Shown: positions 11,342-23,285 of the stretch, in pieces
Layout: each line of letters opens with the position of its first letter
How positions within the stretch are numbered: position 1 is the stretch's first letter
NCBI GenBank assembly: GCA_018268895.1
Contig: JAFDVP010000009.1
Coordinates: 169,757-233,756, forward strand
Direction of reading: 5' to 3'
From: Acidobacteriota bacterium
GTDB taxonomy: Bacteria; Acidobacteriota; Terriglobia; Terriglobales; Acidobacteriaceae
Length of the DNA: 64,000 bases
Made by a program: the position numbers and the translations under genes
The notes under the pieces: generated by a model
The model's input: only the letters and a program-made list of their open reading frames with translations
Databases searched by the model: none
Told to the model about the DNA's origin: nothing

Positions 11342-12259
11342 ATGTCCTTGTTACGGAAGAAGCTGCTACTGGCAATCGGAGTACTGTGTTGCGCGGCCCC
11401 GCTCTGCGCGCAGCAGATCGCCCTCACCTTCGACGACCTGCCGGAGAATGGCGAGCTGCCGCCGCACGTCACCCGGTTGCAGATCGCGCGTTCGATCCTG
11501 GCAACGCTCAAGCGCGAGAGGATGCCCCCGATCTATGGCTTCGTCAACGCAATCTCATTTAAAGACGCGCCGGAAGAGATCTCGTTCCTGAAGGCGTGGC
11601 GGGCCGCCGGGCAACCGCTCGGCAATCACACCTACTCGCATGCCTCGCTGACGGCCGATACAGTCGCGCAGTACGAGACGGAGATCGCGAAGGACGAGCC
11701 GGTCCTCAAGCGGTTCATGGGCAGCCAGGACTGGCGCTGGTTCCGCTACCCCTATCTCAGCGAGGGCGAGACGCCCGAAAAGCGCGATGCGATCCGAAGC
11801 TATCTCGACCAGAAGGGGTACAAGATCGCGCAGGTCTCGCTCGACTTCAAGGACTACCTCTGGACCGACGCCTACGTCCGCTGTGCCCAGCAGCACAACG
11901 CGAAAGAAATGCAGGCGATGGAGCAGGGGTATCTTGCCGCGGCCGATCAGTCGATCACGGTCTTTCGCCAGGGGACGCAGGCTCTTTATGGCCACGAGAT
12001 TCCCTACGTTCTGCTGCTGCACGTGGGCGCGCTCGATGCAAAGATGTTGCCGCGACTTATCGCCTTGCTGCGCCAGCGTGGCTTTACCTTCGTCACGCTC
12101 CCCGAGGCCATGAGCGATCCGGCCTACAAGGAGAACCCCAACGTCGCGCTCGCCGATGGGGTACCGTTTCAGGAGCAGGTTGCCATCGCGCGTCACCTCA
12201 CCTTCCCGCACATCGAAGACCGTGCCAAATATCTGGACTCCGTCTGCCCGGAGCATTGA
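11342..12259 (+). CDS. Polysaccharide deacetylase (CE4/NodB) family protein
   Basis: Signal peptide; TFDDLP, GNHTYSH, FRYPY, LLLH motifs. Confidence 0.9.
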   Translation: MSLLRKKLLLAIGVLCCAAPLCAQQIALTFDDLPENGELPPHVTRLQIARSILATLKRERMPPIYGFVNAISFKDAPEEISFLKAWRAAGQPLGNHTYSHASLTADTVAQYETEIAKDEPVLKRFMGSQDWRWFRYPYLSEGETPEKRDAIRSYLDQKGYKIAQVSLDFKDYLWTDAYVRCAQQHNAKEMQAMEQGYLAAADQSITVFRQGTQALYGHEIPYVLLLHVGALDAKMLPRLIALLRQRGFTFVTLPEAMSDPAYKENPNVALADGVPFQEQVAIARHLTFPHIEDRAKYLDSVCPEH

Positions 12260-12306
12260 TCAGTTTTCATCATGTCAACCAGCACGTGTCCGATATGATT
12301 TAGGAG

Positions 12307-13695
12307 ATGCCTGAGATCGAGACCCAGCAGCGCCTCACCTACAAGCAGGGAAGCGCCCGGAAGAGCGCCCCGGGCGAGGCATCTTTTGAATCGTGGGGCC
12401 GCTATCCCTCGTACAAGGCCAACATCATTCCGCTGCATTGGCAGAGTGACTTTCCCGCGGCGGTCCGTGGAATCCATGATGCCGTCCTGCCGGTTGGCCT
12501 GGGACGCAGCTATGGCGATGTTTGTCTGCTCGATCAGGGAAATCTGTTACCCACGCCGGCGATGAACCGCCTGATCTCCTTCGATCCCGAGACTGGTTTA
12601 CTGACTGCCGAAGCAGGCATCTCGCTGGCGCAGATCCTCGACTTCTCCGTGCCGCGCGGGTTCTTCCTGCCCGTCACTCCGGGAACGAAGTACGTCACGC
12701 TCGGCGGCGCGATCGCCAATGACATTCATGGCAAGAACCATCACGTCGCCGGGACCTTCGGCCGTCACGTCACGGAGTTCGAGCTTGTCCGCTCCGACGG
12801 AACGGTTCTGCGCTGCTCGCCGAACGAGAACCCCGAGTTCTACGCGATGACCATCGGCGGGCTCGGCCTCACGGGGCTCATCCGCTGGGCGACGCTCAGG
12901 CTCAAGCCGATCGTCTCGCGCAAGATCGACTACGAGGGAATCCAGTTCCACGGCATCGACGAGTTTCTTTACCTCACCGAGGCGAGCAAGGAGATCGAGT
13001 ACACGGTCAGTTGGGTCGATTGCACCTCGACCGGAAAAAACTTCTGCCGCGGCATCTTCATGCAGGGCGATCACTCGACCCGCCGCGATGAACTGAAGCC
13101 ATCGCCCGAGCCGAAGCTGGTGTTTCCCTTCAACGCTCCCGGTTTTGCGTTGAATCATGTTTCGGTCAGCGCATTCAACACGCTCTTCTTCCACAAGCAG
13201 ATGGGCAAGCGCCAGGTTGCATTGCAGGACTACGAGCCGTTCTTTTATCCGCTCGACAAGGTGCTGCACTGGAACCGCATGTACGGCAAGAGCGGCCTGT
13301 TGCAGTTCCAGTACGTCATTCCTTGGAACAACGCGCGCGAGGGAACGGTAGCGATCCTCAAGGAGGTCGCGAAGTCTGGCCTCGCCAGCTTCCTGGCCGT
13401 GCTCAAGGCGTTTGGCGATGTTCCTTCGCCGGGAGTGATGAGCTTTCCGCGCCCTGGCATCACGCTCGCTCTCGACTTTCCCATCAAGCCGGGCAAGAGC
13501 TTTCCGCTGTTTGAACGCCTCGCCGACATGACGCTTGAGTTCGGCGGCCGCCTCTATCCGGCGAAGGACGCCGCGATGACCGCCGCGCAGTTTCAGGCCT
13601 TCTACCCGGAGTGGCGGCAACTGGCACGCTTCCGCGATCCGCTCATCACGTCGAGCTTCTGGGAGCGCGTCACTGGAGAACAACCGAATCTATGA
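12307..13695 (+). CDS. FAD-binding oxidoreductase, DprE1-like (polyprenyl-phosphoribose 2'-oxidase)
   Basis: GLGRSYGD, TPGTKYVTLGGAIANDIHGKNHH, FYPLD...WNRMYG..G.LQFQ, GRLYPAKD. Confidence 0.85.
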   Translation: MPEIETQQRLTYKQGSARKSAPGEASFESWGRYPSYKANIIPLHWQSDFPAAVRGIHDAVLPVGLGRSYGDVCLLDQGNLLPTPAMNRLISFDPETGLLTAEAGISLAQILDFSVPRGFFLPVTPGTKYVTLGGAIANDIHGKNHHVAGTFGRHVTEFELVRSDGTVLRCSPNENPEFYAMTIGGLGLTGLIRWATLRLKPIVSRKIDYEGIQFHGIDEFLYLTEASKEIEYTVSWVDCTSTGKNFCRGIFMQGDHSTRRDELKPSPEPKLVFPFNAPGFALNHVSVSAFNTLFFHKQMGKRQVALQDYEPFFYPLDKVLHWNRMYGKSGLLQFQYVIPWNNAREGTVAILKEVAKSGLASFLAVLKAFGDVPSPGVMSFPRPGITLALDFPIKPGKSFPLFERLADMTLEFGGRLYPAKDAAMTAAQFQAFYPEWRQLARFRDPLITSSFWERVTGEQPNL

Positions 13696-14453
13696 GCAGC
13701 AACGCAAATCATTCGTCACGCAAGATACTCGTTCTGGGAGCTACATCCGGTATCGCCGAGGCCACCTGCCGCATCTGGGCCTCGCAGGGAGCGAGCCTGT
13801 TTCTCGTAGCGCGCAATGCCGAGAAGCTTGCGGCCGTGGCAACCGACCTTCGCACGCGCGGCGCGAGCTTTGTCGATACGGCCGTCGCCGATCTCGACGA
13901 CACGGAGCAGCACCCAGCGCTGCTGGCCCACGCGGTCAATGCGCTCACCGGCCTCGACGTTGCCTATCTCGCGCACGGCGTTCTGGGAGACCAGACACAG
14001 GCGGAGCAGGATTTCAACACTGCCGCTCACATCCTTCATACCAACCTGATGGCTCCGGTCTCGTTGCTGACGTGGCTGGCAAACTTTTTTGTGCAGCGCC
14101 GTGCGGGAACGATTGCTGTGCTGTCGTCAGTCGCGGGCGATCGCGGGCGTAAATCGAACTACGTCTACGGATCGTCGAAGGCGGGGCTGTCGGCGTTTCT
14201 TGCCGGGCTGCGCAATCGCGTCGACCGCGAAGGCGTGACCGTGCTGACGATCAAGCCGGGACCGACGAAGACGGCGATGACCGCCGGCATGAAGGGCGCG
14301 GAGAAGTTTGCCGACGTCGACAAGGTTGCGGCAAGCATCGTGAAGGCGGTCGATGGACGTGCAGACTCGCTCTACGTGCCTTTCCAGTGGCAGCCGATCA
14401 TGTTTGTGATCCGGCACATCCCGGAGAGGGTCTTCAAGAAGCTGAATCTCTGA
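13692..14453 (+). CDS. Short-chain dehydrogenase/reductase, DprE2-like
   Basis: ATGA overlap with the upstream gene; GATSGIA; SSVAGDRGRKSNYVYGSSKAG (YxxxK). Confidence 0.85.
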   Translation: MSSNANHSSRKILVLGATSGIAEATCRIWASQGASLFLVARNAEKLAAVATDLRTRGASFVDTAVADLDDTEQHPALLAHAVNALTGLDVAYLAHGVLGDQTQAEQDFNTAAHILHTNLMAPVSLLTWLANFFVQRRAGTIAVLSSVAGDRGRKSNYVYGSSKAGLSAFLAGLRNRVDREGVTVLTIKPGPTKTAMTAGMKGAEKFADVDKVAASIVKAVDGRADSLYVPFQWQPIMFVIRHIPERVFKKLNL

Positions 14454-14471
14454 GCACCCCACGCTGCGTTG

Positions 14472-15107
14472 CTACTCTTCGACGCGGTGGCCGTCCTTGC
14501 TGAAGAAGCTGAGTTGTCGCCGGTAGCAGCGCTGTTTTTCCAGGTCGAAGGCGATGCAGGAGTCGAAGGGCTTGGAGTAGACGTGCAGGCTGACGCAGCC
14601 TGTCGTTCCGGCGTTCTCGATCTGGTGGATGGTCTGGAGCTTGTCGACGGTGACGATGCCGGTTCCTTCGGAGCAGGTGATGGTGCGCACCTTGTCGAGC
14701 TGGAGTTCGGTCGCGCCTCCAATGCAGTCGATGTTGACGACGTTCTGGTTCTCGGGGGTGTTGCAGCGGGTGTGGTGGTACTCGTGGGTGAGGACCTCGC
14801 CCTGCGAGATGGTCATCCATCCGAGCTGGCCGTTGTGGGTGTGGATGGCGGTCTTCTGCCCCGGCGACCAGCAGATGGCCATGACCTCGAAGAGCTCGTC
14901 GCGGTAGATGAGGTTGCGGGTGTAGAAGCTGTCGCGCCACCAGACGTAGTCGTGGAGGGCCTCGGGCCGCAGCGTGGTGGCGGCCATGTAGCTGGCGATC
15001 TTGTTCTTGGTGATCAGTCCCCGCTCCAGTTCGCGTAGTCCGGCGATGAAGTCCGCTACGCTGGTCCGGAGCGGGTGGGTACAGGCTGCGATCTCTGGAA
15101 TGGGCAT
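14472..15107 (-). CDS. Cysteine dioxygenase family protein
   Basis: YTRNLI (Arg-type), CWSPGQ, HTH iron ligands, third His in QTIHQI, SLHVYS. The start is uncertain (15107 to 15170). Confidence 0.85.
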   Translation of the reverse strand: MPIPEIAACTHPLRTSVADFIAGLRELERGLITKNKIASYMAATTLRPEALHDYVWWRDSFYTRNLIYRDELFEVMAICWSPGQKTAIHTHNGQLGWMTISQGEVLTHEYHHTRCNTPENQNVVNIDCIGGATELQLDKVRTITCSEGTGIVTVDKLQTIHQIENAGTTGCVSLHVYSKPFDSCIAFDLEKQRCYRRQLSFFSKDGHRVEE

Positions 15108-15315
15108 GGGTAAAGGTTCCTTCCGCTGAACTTTCTTCATTATCTCGCGGATGCAGCGCGCGTTCAGCAAGGATTTACATCATCTTCTTCGATTTGCGGC
15201 CTGCCATGGCGTCTGAAGACGCGCGGGTACGGTAAACTAGAACAACACGCGCATTTTCAGATTTTTTCCATCCTTAAATCATTCGACACGCGCGCAGACA
15301 GGACATCCAAACGCA

Positions 15316-17127
<1,812 letters not shown>

Positions 17128-17608
17128 CCGTAGCCTGGTCAGCCGGAGACTGCGCGCCGTGTGATCGGGCCATCGCTGCGGCTTGCAGCTTCTCTCTGTA
17201 GCGAGCGGCGGCGCTGATGTTGCTGCCTGCGGCTGGGGCGATGGTTGCAGACGACGCGGCCGGGTTGCCGTGGATGAAGTGCGGCGGTGGTGTGTCTTCA
17301 GGCGCCTGCGTGGCCGTGACGATAGGTGCTTTGGATTGGCTTCCGGGTGCTTCTTCATGCTGCGCCTGCACCTTTGGTTTGCTCTCCTTGGATGTGCTCT
17401 CCTCAGCAAGACTGCGAAGGTTGCTCATGGCGAGCTTGAGGGCGGAGAGCAGGATGCGGGCGCGGGTGTTGTCGAGCGTTCCCGCAGCCACGCCCTGGAT
17501 GATGCGGGAGAGCGCCTGCTGGATGGAGTGGGCGTCGTGGATGGTGGGCAGTGCGATGGTCTCGGTGGGGATGCTGTTCATGATTGCGACTCCTTTGGGT
17601 TAAAAGAG

Positions 17609-17636
17609 GAAGGCCCAGCCGTCGGGCTGGGCCTTC
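17609..17636 (-). terminator. Terminator-like hairpin in the 5' leader of the 17051-17581 gene
   Basis: GAAGGCCCAGCC-(4)-GGCTGGGCCTTC, a perfect 12-bp stem followed on the minus strand by CTCTTTT. Confidence 0.6.
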
Positions 17637-17845
17637 ACCGCTTTCGATCTCTATATATATCTATTAGAGCAGGTGGAGCGAAACTAATCGGCACTTTGCG
17701 CCGTGTCTATATCGCCCATGGAATGTTTTGGTTACGGAGATTTGCACAGCGCAGGGGGCTTGACAGGAATTTGGCCCACTGCCGGTCACGGGCCGTAAGG
17801 TAGTATTCGTGCGAGAGAAAATTGGTCGGACCGGGGGACGCCTCA

Positions 17846-19165
17846 ATGAGGATGAGATGGTTGTGTGCGCTCGTAGTGCTGGGTGGGGGAATAGCTGGAG
17901 CGCAGACACCGCGTCCAGAGGCCCCGGCGAGTCTGCCGCGGGTGACGGCGGGGATTCCGGTGAACTACGACGAGGCGAAGGTGGGCACGTACACGCTGCC
18001 CGATCCCCTGGTGATGAGCGACGGCAAGCCGGTGAAGGATGCGAAGACGTGGACGACGAAGCGGCGTCCGGAGATTGTGCGCCTGTTTGAGACGCAGCAG
18101 TTTGGCGTAGCGCCGGGGCGTCCGAAGGACGAGAGCTTCGAGGTAATTGAAAAAGGGACTCCTGCGTTCGACGGCAAAGCGATTCGCAGACGAGTCGATA
18201 TTCATCTGTCGAAGGACAAGACGGCTCCGGTGATTCATCTGGTGGAGTATCTGCCGGCAGGTGCGAAGAAGCCGGTCCCTCTGCTATTGAATATCAGTTT
18301 TTCGGCGGCTTCAAACTCGGTGGACGATCCGGGCCTGCCTGTAGGAGAGATCTGGGAGGCGAAGACGAAGGTCAAAGTTCCAGCGACGCAGGGCCGAGCG
18401 TTTGGCAAGCTGCCTGTGGCCACATTTCTGGATGCAGGGTTCGGCATTGCAACCTTTTATTACGGCGATGTGGAGCCGGACTATGCGGAGGGCTTCAAGG
18501 ACAGTATTCGCAGGTTCTACCTGAAACCGGGAGAGAGCAGTCGCGGGCCGGAGGACTGGGGTTCGATTGCCGCATGGGCGTGGGGGATGAGCCGCGTTCA
18601 GGATTACTTTGAGACGGATAGGCAGGTAGACGCAAAGCGAGTGGCGATTCATGGCATCTCGCGACTGGGCAAGACGGTGATGTGGGCGGGAGCGCACGAC
18701 CAGCGGTTTGCCGCGGTGATTGCAAGCTGCTCGGGTGAAGGTGGCGCGGCGTTGAGCCATCGCGACTATGGAGAGACTGTCGCCCACCTGACTGCTCCGA
18801 CACGTTTTCCTTATCAGTTCGCAGAGAACTATGGGAAATGGGCAGGATTTCCGGACAAGGCTCCGATGGATTCGCACATGCTGGTCGCGCTGATTGCGCC
18901 GAGGCCGGTGCTGCTGCAGACGGGGACAACGGATTTCTGGTCGGACCCGAAGGGAGAGTTTCTGGCCGCCGTTGCTGCGGAGCCGGTGTACAAGCTGCTG
19001 AGCAAGCAGGGTCTGGGATTGGGTGTTGATGGATGGCCTGAGGCGAAGGTGCCGGTGCTGCATGACATCGGGTATTACATGCACGACGGCGGGCATGGCA
19101 TGGTGCCGGGGGACTGGGATATTTATGTGCAGTTTTTGAAGATGCACCTGGGTGAGGGGAAGTGA
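17846..19165 (+). CDS. Carbohydrate esterase family 15 (glucuronoyl esterase-like)
   Basis: Signal peptide; AWAWGMSR, HGISRLGK (G-x-S-R-x-G-K nucleophile), SCSGEGG, LIAPRP, WSDPKGEF, HDGGH. Confidence 0.85.
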   Translation: MRMRWLCALVVLGGGIAGAQTPRPEAPASLPRVTAGIPVNYDEAKVGTYTLPDPLVMSDGKPVKDAKTWTTKRRPEIVRLFETQQFGVAPGRPKDESFEVIEKGTPAFDGKAIRRRVDIHLSKDKTAPVIHLVEYLPAGAKKPVPLLLNISFSAASNSVDDPGLPVGEIWEAKTKVKVPATQGRAFGKLPVATFLDAGFGIATFYYGDVEPDYAEGFKDSIRRFYLKPGESSRGPEDWGSIAAWAWGMSRVQDYFETDRQVDAKRVAIHGISRLGKTVMWAGAHDQRFAAVIASCSGEGGAALSHRDYGETVAHLTAPTRFPYQFAENYGKWAGFPDKAPMDSHMLVALIAPRPVLLQTGTTDFWSDPKGEFLAAVAAEPVYKLLSKQGLGLGVDGWPEAKVPVLHDIGYYMHDGGHGMVPGDWDIYVQFLKMHLGEGK

Positions 19166-19176
19166 GGCATACCCCA

Positions 19177-19306
19177 GGGGCTGAAGCCCCCATTTCTGTC
19201 GAATACATAGAGGGCCAAGCCTGAAGGCTTGGCGTACCAAGAAGCGGTTCTCGCGTTGCGCGAATGCCCCAATCATGCCGCGAAAAACCGCGCTATGATT
19301 GGGGCA
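19177..19306. repeat. Composite REP/BIME-like element
   Basis: GGGGC-TGAA-GCCCC; GCCAAGCC-TGAA-GGCTTGGC; TCGCGTTGCGCGA linker; TGCCCCAATCAT...ATGATTGGGGCA hairpin. Confidence 0.7.
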
Positions 19307-19331
19307 CCCGGCCAGAAATTCGTCTATTTAC

Positions 19332-19733
19332 TTAGCGCTTGAAGCGGCGCTGTCGTTTTTCTTCCTCAGTCAATCCGAACGGGCCACTGGGGTCTAAGGC
19401 TTGGCCAAGTCTGAGATATATGAATACCAGCACTATTGATTCTGGTATTAACCCGATCAGCATTGCTAAAGAACTATCAAATGGAAATTTGTGTCTTATC
19501 AACACAAGAAATAAAAGGTGAACGAGAACCAACGCGGACGCAATATATCTCTGAATTGGTCTCGTGAGGCTCTCCCGAAGTTGCACGAAAGAAAATGCAA
19601 ATAAAAAAAAGGTCCAAAGAGCCATCTGCATGGCTGCTCTATTGGATTGCTGAGCGAAGTTGTCGATGTAGATAGCGCCCAGCCCAACTGCGCAACCAAG
19701 TAGGATTCGTGTGCCGTGTTTATTTATCTTCAC
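19332..19733 (-). CDS. Hypothetical membrane protein (about 4 TM), AT-richer than flanks
   Basis: 133-aa ORF with four hydrophobic segments filling the gap between the REP cluster and the sodA terminator. Confidence 0.6.
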   Translation of the reverse strand: MKINKHGTRILLGCAVGLGAIYIDNFAQQSNRAAMQMALWTFFLFAFSFVQLRESLTRPIQRYIASALVLVHLLFLVLIRHKFPFDSSLAMLIGLIPESIVLVFIYLRLGQALDPSGPFGLTEEEKRQRRFKR

Positions 19734-19800
19734 GTCTGCCGATCTATAGCGGGCGCTTTCTCAAATTAGAAGTCTAATCATTCACCTGACGTGGGGCACA

Positions 19801-19831
19801 AAGAAAAACGGGACTGCGAAAAGCAGTCCCG
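19801..19831 (-). terminator. sodA intrinsic terminator
   Basis: CGGGACTGC-GAAAA-GCAGTCCCG hairpin followed on the minus strand by TTTTTCTT. Confidence 0.85.
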
Positions 19832-19852
19832 CGTGATGCAATGTTCGTAAGT

Positions 19853-20470
19853 TTATTTGTAGCTCTTCGCGGTTTCGAAGCGCTTGTTGATCTCGTCCCA
19901 GTTGACGGTGTTCCACCAGGCGGCGAGGTAGTCCGGGCGCCGGTTGTTGTACTTGAGGTAGTAGGCGTGCTCCCAGACGTCGTTGCCGAGGATGGGGTAG
20001 TGGCCTTGTGAGAGCGGGTTGTCCTGGTTGGCGGTGGTGACGATCTTGAGCTTGCCGCCCTCGAAGATGAGCCAGCCCCAGCCGGAGCCGAACTGCTTGG
20101 CGGTGGTCTCGTTGAAGAGCTTCTTGAAGCTCTCGAAGTCGCCGAAGTCGGCCTTGATCTGGGCTGCGATAGCGCCGTTGGGTTCGCCGCCGCCCTTGGG
20201 CTTCATGATCTGCCAGAACATGGTGTGGTTGACGTGTCCGCCGCCGTTGTTCTGCACAACCTTGCGCACATCTTCGGGAATGGCGGCGAGATTCTTGAGG
20301 AGGTCTTCGGGGGATTTGCTGCCCAGCTCCGGGTGCTTGTCGATTGCGCCGTTGAGGTTGGTGACATAGGCCTGGTGGTGCTTGTCGTGATGGAGCTTCA
20401 TGGTCGCTTCGTCGATATGGGGCTCAAGGCCAGCGTAGTCGTAGGGCAAAGGGGGAAGTTCGTAAGCCAC
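19853..20470 (-). CDS. sodA: Superoxide dismutase [Mn/Fe], probably Mn
   Basis: [39 protein letters not shown] and NQD favour the Mn type. Confidence 0.95.
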   Translation of the reverse strand: MAYELPPLPYDYAGLEPHIDEATMKLHHDKHHQAYVTNLNGAIDKHPELGSKSPEDLLKNLAAIPEDVRKVVQNNGGGHVNHTMFWQIMKPKGGGEPNGAIAAQIKADFGDFESFKKLFNETTAKQFGSGWGWLIFEGGKLKIVTTANQDNPLSQGHYPILGNDVWEHAYYLKYNNRRPDYLAAWWNTVNWDEINKRFETAKSYK

Positions 20471-20693
20471 TGTCGTCTCCTGTTTCGTCGGTGCTTGGCC
20501 GGTAACCGAAAGAGGCTTCGGTACCGGGCGTTCAATATATTGAGATGCCTTAAGAGACCGGCGCGATGCAACGCACCGGAGTTGTAGCAGCGAATGAATT
20601 AGAAATCCGTGACCCGGCCATGATAACGCAATCGAATGAGGCGAACGATCTTCGCCCGCGTCTTGCGAAGCGTTTTGGAGTCTAATGGACTGA

Positions 20694-23132
20694 ATGAGCG
20701 ACCTATCTGTTAGCTACCGTTGGCTGGACGATGATGGCCCGGCGTTTGGCGCGCCTGGCCTGGAACCGCGATGGACTTCGAGCAGAAAAGATGCAGTGGG
20801 GACGGCCTACTCTGCTTCGAGTCGCGTCTGGTACACGCTGTCGCATGGAACGCTCAACGAGATTTACTATCCAACGATCGACCGTCCGCAGACGCGCGAC
20901 ATGGAGCTGCTGTTTACCGACGGCGAGACCTTCTGCCATGAGGAAAAGCGCGATCTCGACTACGAGTTCGAGTATGTCGATGGCGACGCTCTGGCGGTTC
21001 GCGTGAAGGCGCGCGAGCGGGGAGGCCGCTACCGGGTGACGAAGGTGTTTATCTCGAACCCGCATTTTTCAACCGTGCTGATGCACGTGAAGATCGAGGG
21101 CGAAGAGCAGGTCCTGAAGCGGATGAAGTGCTACGCGCTTCTGGCGCCGCATTTGAATGGCGGCGGCGCGGGGAACTCGGCGCGGAGTATTGATGTTGCC
21201 GGCAAGCGTTGTCTGCTGGCGTGGAAGGGAAGCACTTCGCTGGCTTTGGGGGCTGACTGCGGATTTACGCGCTCGTCATGCGGGTATGTGGGATCGAGCG
21301 ACGGTTATCAGGACCTGTTCGGCGACATGCGCATGAAGTGGCAGTTCGGGCAGGCTCTGGATGGAAATATCGCCGTGATGGGTGAGATCGACGTTGCGGT
21401 GAACCCGGAGTTCACCATTGCCATTGCCTTCGGAGATGGTCATCATGCGGCCCTGGCGGGGATGATGCAAAGCCTGGCAACTCCATTTGCGGACCATCTG
21501 AAGCGATTTCTGTTGCAGTGGGGAAGGGTGCAATCTCCGGAGCGGATTGTGGGAGCCTCTACCGACGACGGATATCTGGCCAGGATCAGCCACAATGTCC
21601 TGCTTGCGCATGAAGACAAGACATTCTCGGGCGCGTTTATCGCTTCGGCCTCGATCCCCTGGGGAGCGTCGAAGGGCGATCTCGACCTGGGCGGTTACCA
21701 CCTGGTGTGGACGCGCGATATGGTGCAGACGGCGACTGCGTTGCTGGCGTGCGATCGCGCGGATACGGCGCTGCGAGCGCTGGTTTATCTGGCGTGTACG
21801 CAGCGCGCCGACGGCAGCTTCGCGCAGAACTTCTGGATCGACGGCACGCCGTACTGGCAGGGAATTCAGCTCGATGAAGTTGCGTTCCCGATCATTCTGG
21901 CGTGGCGTTTGTGGAAGCAGAAGACGATTGGGTCGTTCCGGGTGTTTCCCTTTGTAGAGCGCGCCGCGGCGTTTCTGGTGAAGTATGCTCCGGTGACGCA
22001 GCAGGAGCGGTGGGAGGAGACTTCGGGCTATTCGCCTTCGACGCTGGCGGCCGTGATCTCGGGGCTGGTGTGCGCGGCCGATATTGCGCGCGACCATGCG
22101 GCGCTGGAGCTTGCGGAGTATCTGGAAGGATATGCCGACTGGATCGAGGCGCATCTGGATGAGTGGACGACGACGAAGGACGGCGTGCTGCACCCGGAGG
22201 TGAAGTACCACTATGTGCGCATTGCTCCGCCTTGTCCGGGCGAGCCGTTTCATGATGCTTCGGTTCCTGTGGGATCGTTCCGCATCTCGAATCGAGGGCC
22301 GGAGGAGAGGTCGGTCTTCGAGGCGCGTGAGGTGATCGATGCCGGATTTCTGGAGCTGGTGCGTTATGGGATCAGGAGGCCGGATGACCCGCTGGTTGTC
22401 GACTCGTTGAAGGTGGTCGATCGTGTGCTGAAGAGAGACACGCCTTTCGGGCCATGCTGGCGGCGCTACAACCACGATGGCTATGGCCAGAAGAAGGATG
22501 GCGGTCCTTATGACGGATGGGGGCAGGGTCGCGCGTGGCCTCTGCTGGGCGGCGAGCGGGCGCACTACGAGCTGGCGTTGGGTAGCAACTGCGACAAGCT
22601 GACGCATGCGCTGGAGGCGTTTGCCTCGAAGGGCGGCATGTTGCCGGAGCAGGTGTGGGACTACGCGGACCTTCCTGAGGAGGGGATGTATTTCGGCAAG
22701 TCGGCGGGCTCGGCGCAGCCGCTGGTGTGGGCGCACTCGGAGTATCTGAAGCTGCTTCGCTCACTGACGGATGGCAGGGTCTTCGACAGAATCTCCGTGG
22801 TGGAGGAGAGATATGCGGTTCCGGCAAATAAGCGAAGGTTCCATAACCATCGCGAGATCTACTCTGCCGGCCGCCCCGTGAAGGCGATCAAGGCCGGGTA
22901 TACGCTGCGCATCGTCGATTCGGGACACTTCAGGGCGGTATACACGCTCGACGACTGGGCCACGGTCCACGATGCTATATCGAATATGGTCGGGTATTCG
23001 GGATCGTATATCGATATACCGACGCAAGCAGGCAGGGCCGGGAAGATCATCTTCACCCAGTGCTGGACGGATGGAAACGGACAGGACCAGTGGCTGGGAA
23101 GAAATATCGAAGTTGCGGTTACAGCGGGATGA
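20694..23132 (+). CDS. Glycoside hydrolase family 15 (glucoamylase/glucodextranase-like)
   Basis: [24 protein letters not shown] catalytic region, [15 protein letters not shown]. Confidence 0.9.
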   Translation: MSDLSVSYRWLDDDGPAFGAPGLEPRWTSSRKDAVGTAYSASSRVWYTLSHGTLNEIYYPTIDRPQTRDMELLFTDGETFCHEEKRDLDYEFEYVDGDALAVRVKARERGGRYRVTKVFISNPHFSTVLMHVKIEGEEQVLKRMKCYALLAPHLNGGGAGNSARSIDVAGKRCLLAWKGSTSLALGADCGFTRSSCGYVGSSDGYQDLFGDMRMKWQFGQALDGNIAVMGEIDVAVNPEFTIAIAFGDGHHAALAGMMQSLATPFADHLKRFLLQWGRVQSPERIVGASTDDGYLARISHNVLLAHEDKTFSGAFIASASIPWGASKGDLDLGGYHLVWTRDMVQTATALLACDRADTALRALVYLACTQRADGSFAQNFWIDGTPYWQGIQLDEVAFPIILAWRLWKQKTIGSFRVFPFVERAAAFLVKYAPVTQQERWEETSGYSPSTLAAVISGLVCAADIARDHAALELAEYLEGYADWIEAHLDEWTTTKDGVLHPEVKYHYVRIAPPCPGEPFHDASVPVGSFRISNRGPEERSVFEAREVIDAGFLELVRYGIRRPDDPLVVDSLKVVDRVLKRDTPFGPCWRRYNHDGYGQKKDGGPYDGWGQGRAWPLLGGERAHYELALGSNCDKLTHALEAFASKGGMLPEQVWDYADLPEEGMYFGKSAGSAQPLVWAHSEYLKLLRSLTDGRVFDRISVVEERYAVPANKRRFHNHREIYSAGRPVKAIKAGYTLRIVDSGHFRAVYTLDDWATVHDAISNMVGYSGSYIDIPTQAGRAGKIIFTQCWTDGNGQDQWLGRNIEVAVTAG

Positions 23133-23285
23133 ATCGCCAATCACTGCGATAAGGCAACTGTGGAGGTGCCGTGAGGTCATCTGCGCCTGTACACTGGTAT
23201 TGGAACGCCTAAACTGAAAAACAGCGAAATCGAGCGCCGTCTATCCCTGCGTGCGCCGAGATGAAAGAGAAGAGGAAAAGGAAGA

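Noticed and set aside
17760-17790. Perfect TTGACA as a -35 element
   Set aside because: No -10-like hexamer at 16-18 bp spacing.
19177-19306. Palindrome clusters (here and at 57920-58082) as CRISPR arrays
   Set aside because: No identical repeats with regular unique spacers and no cas genes.
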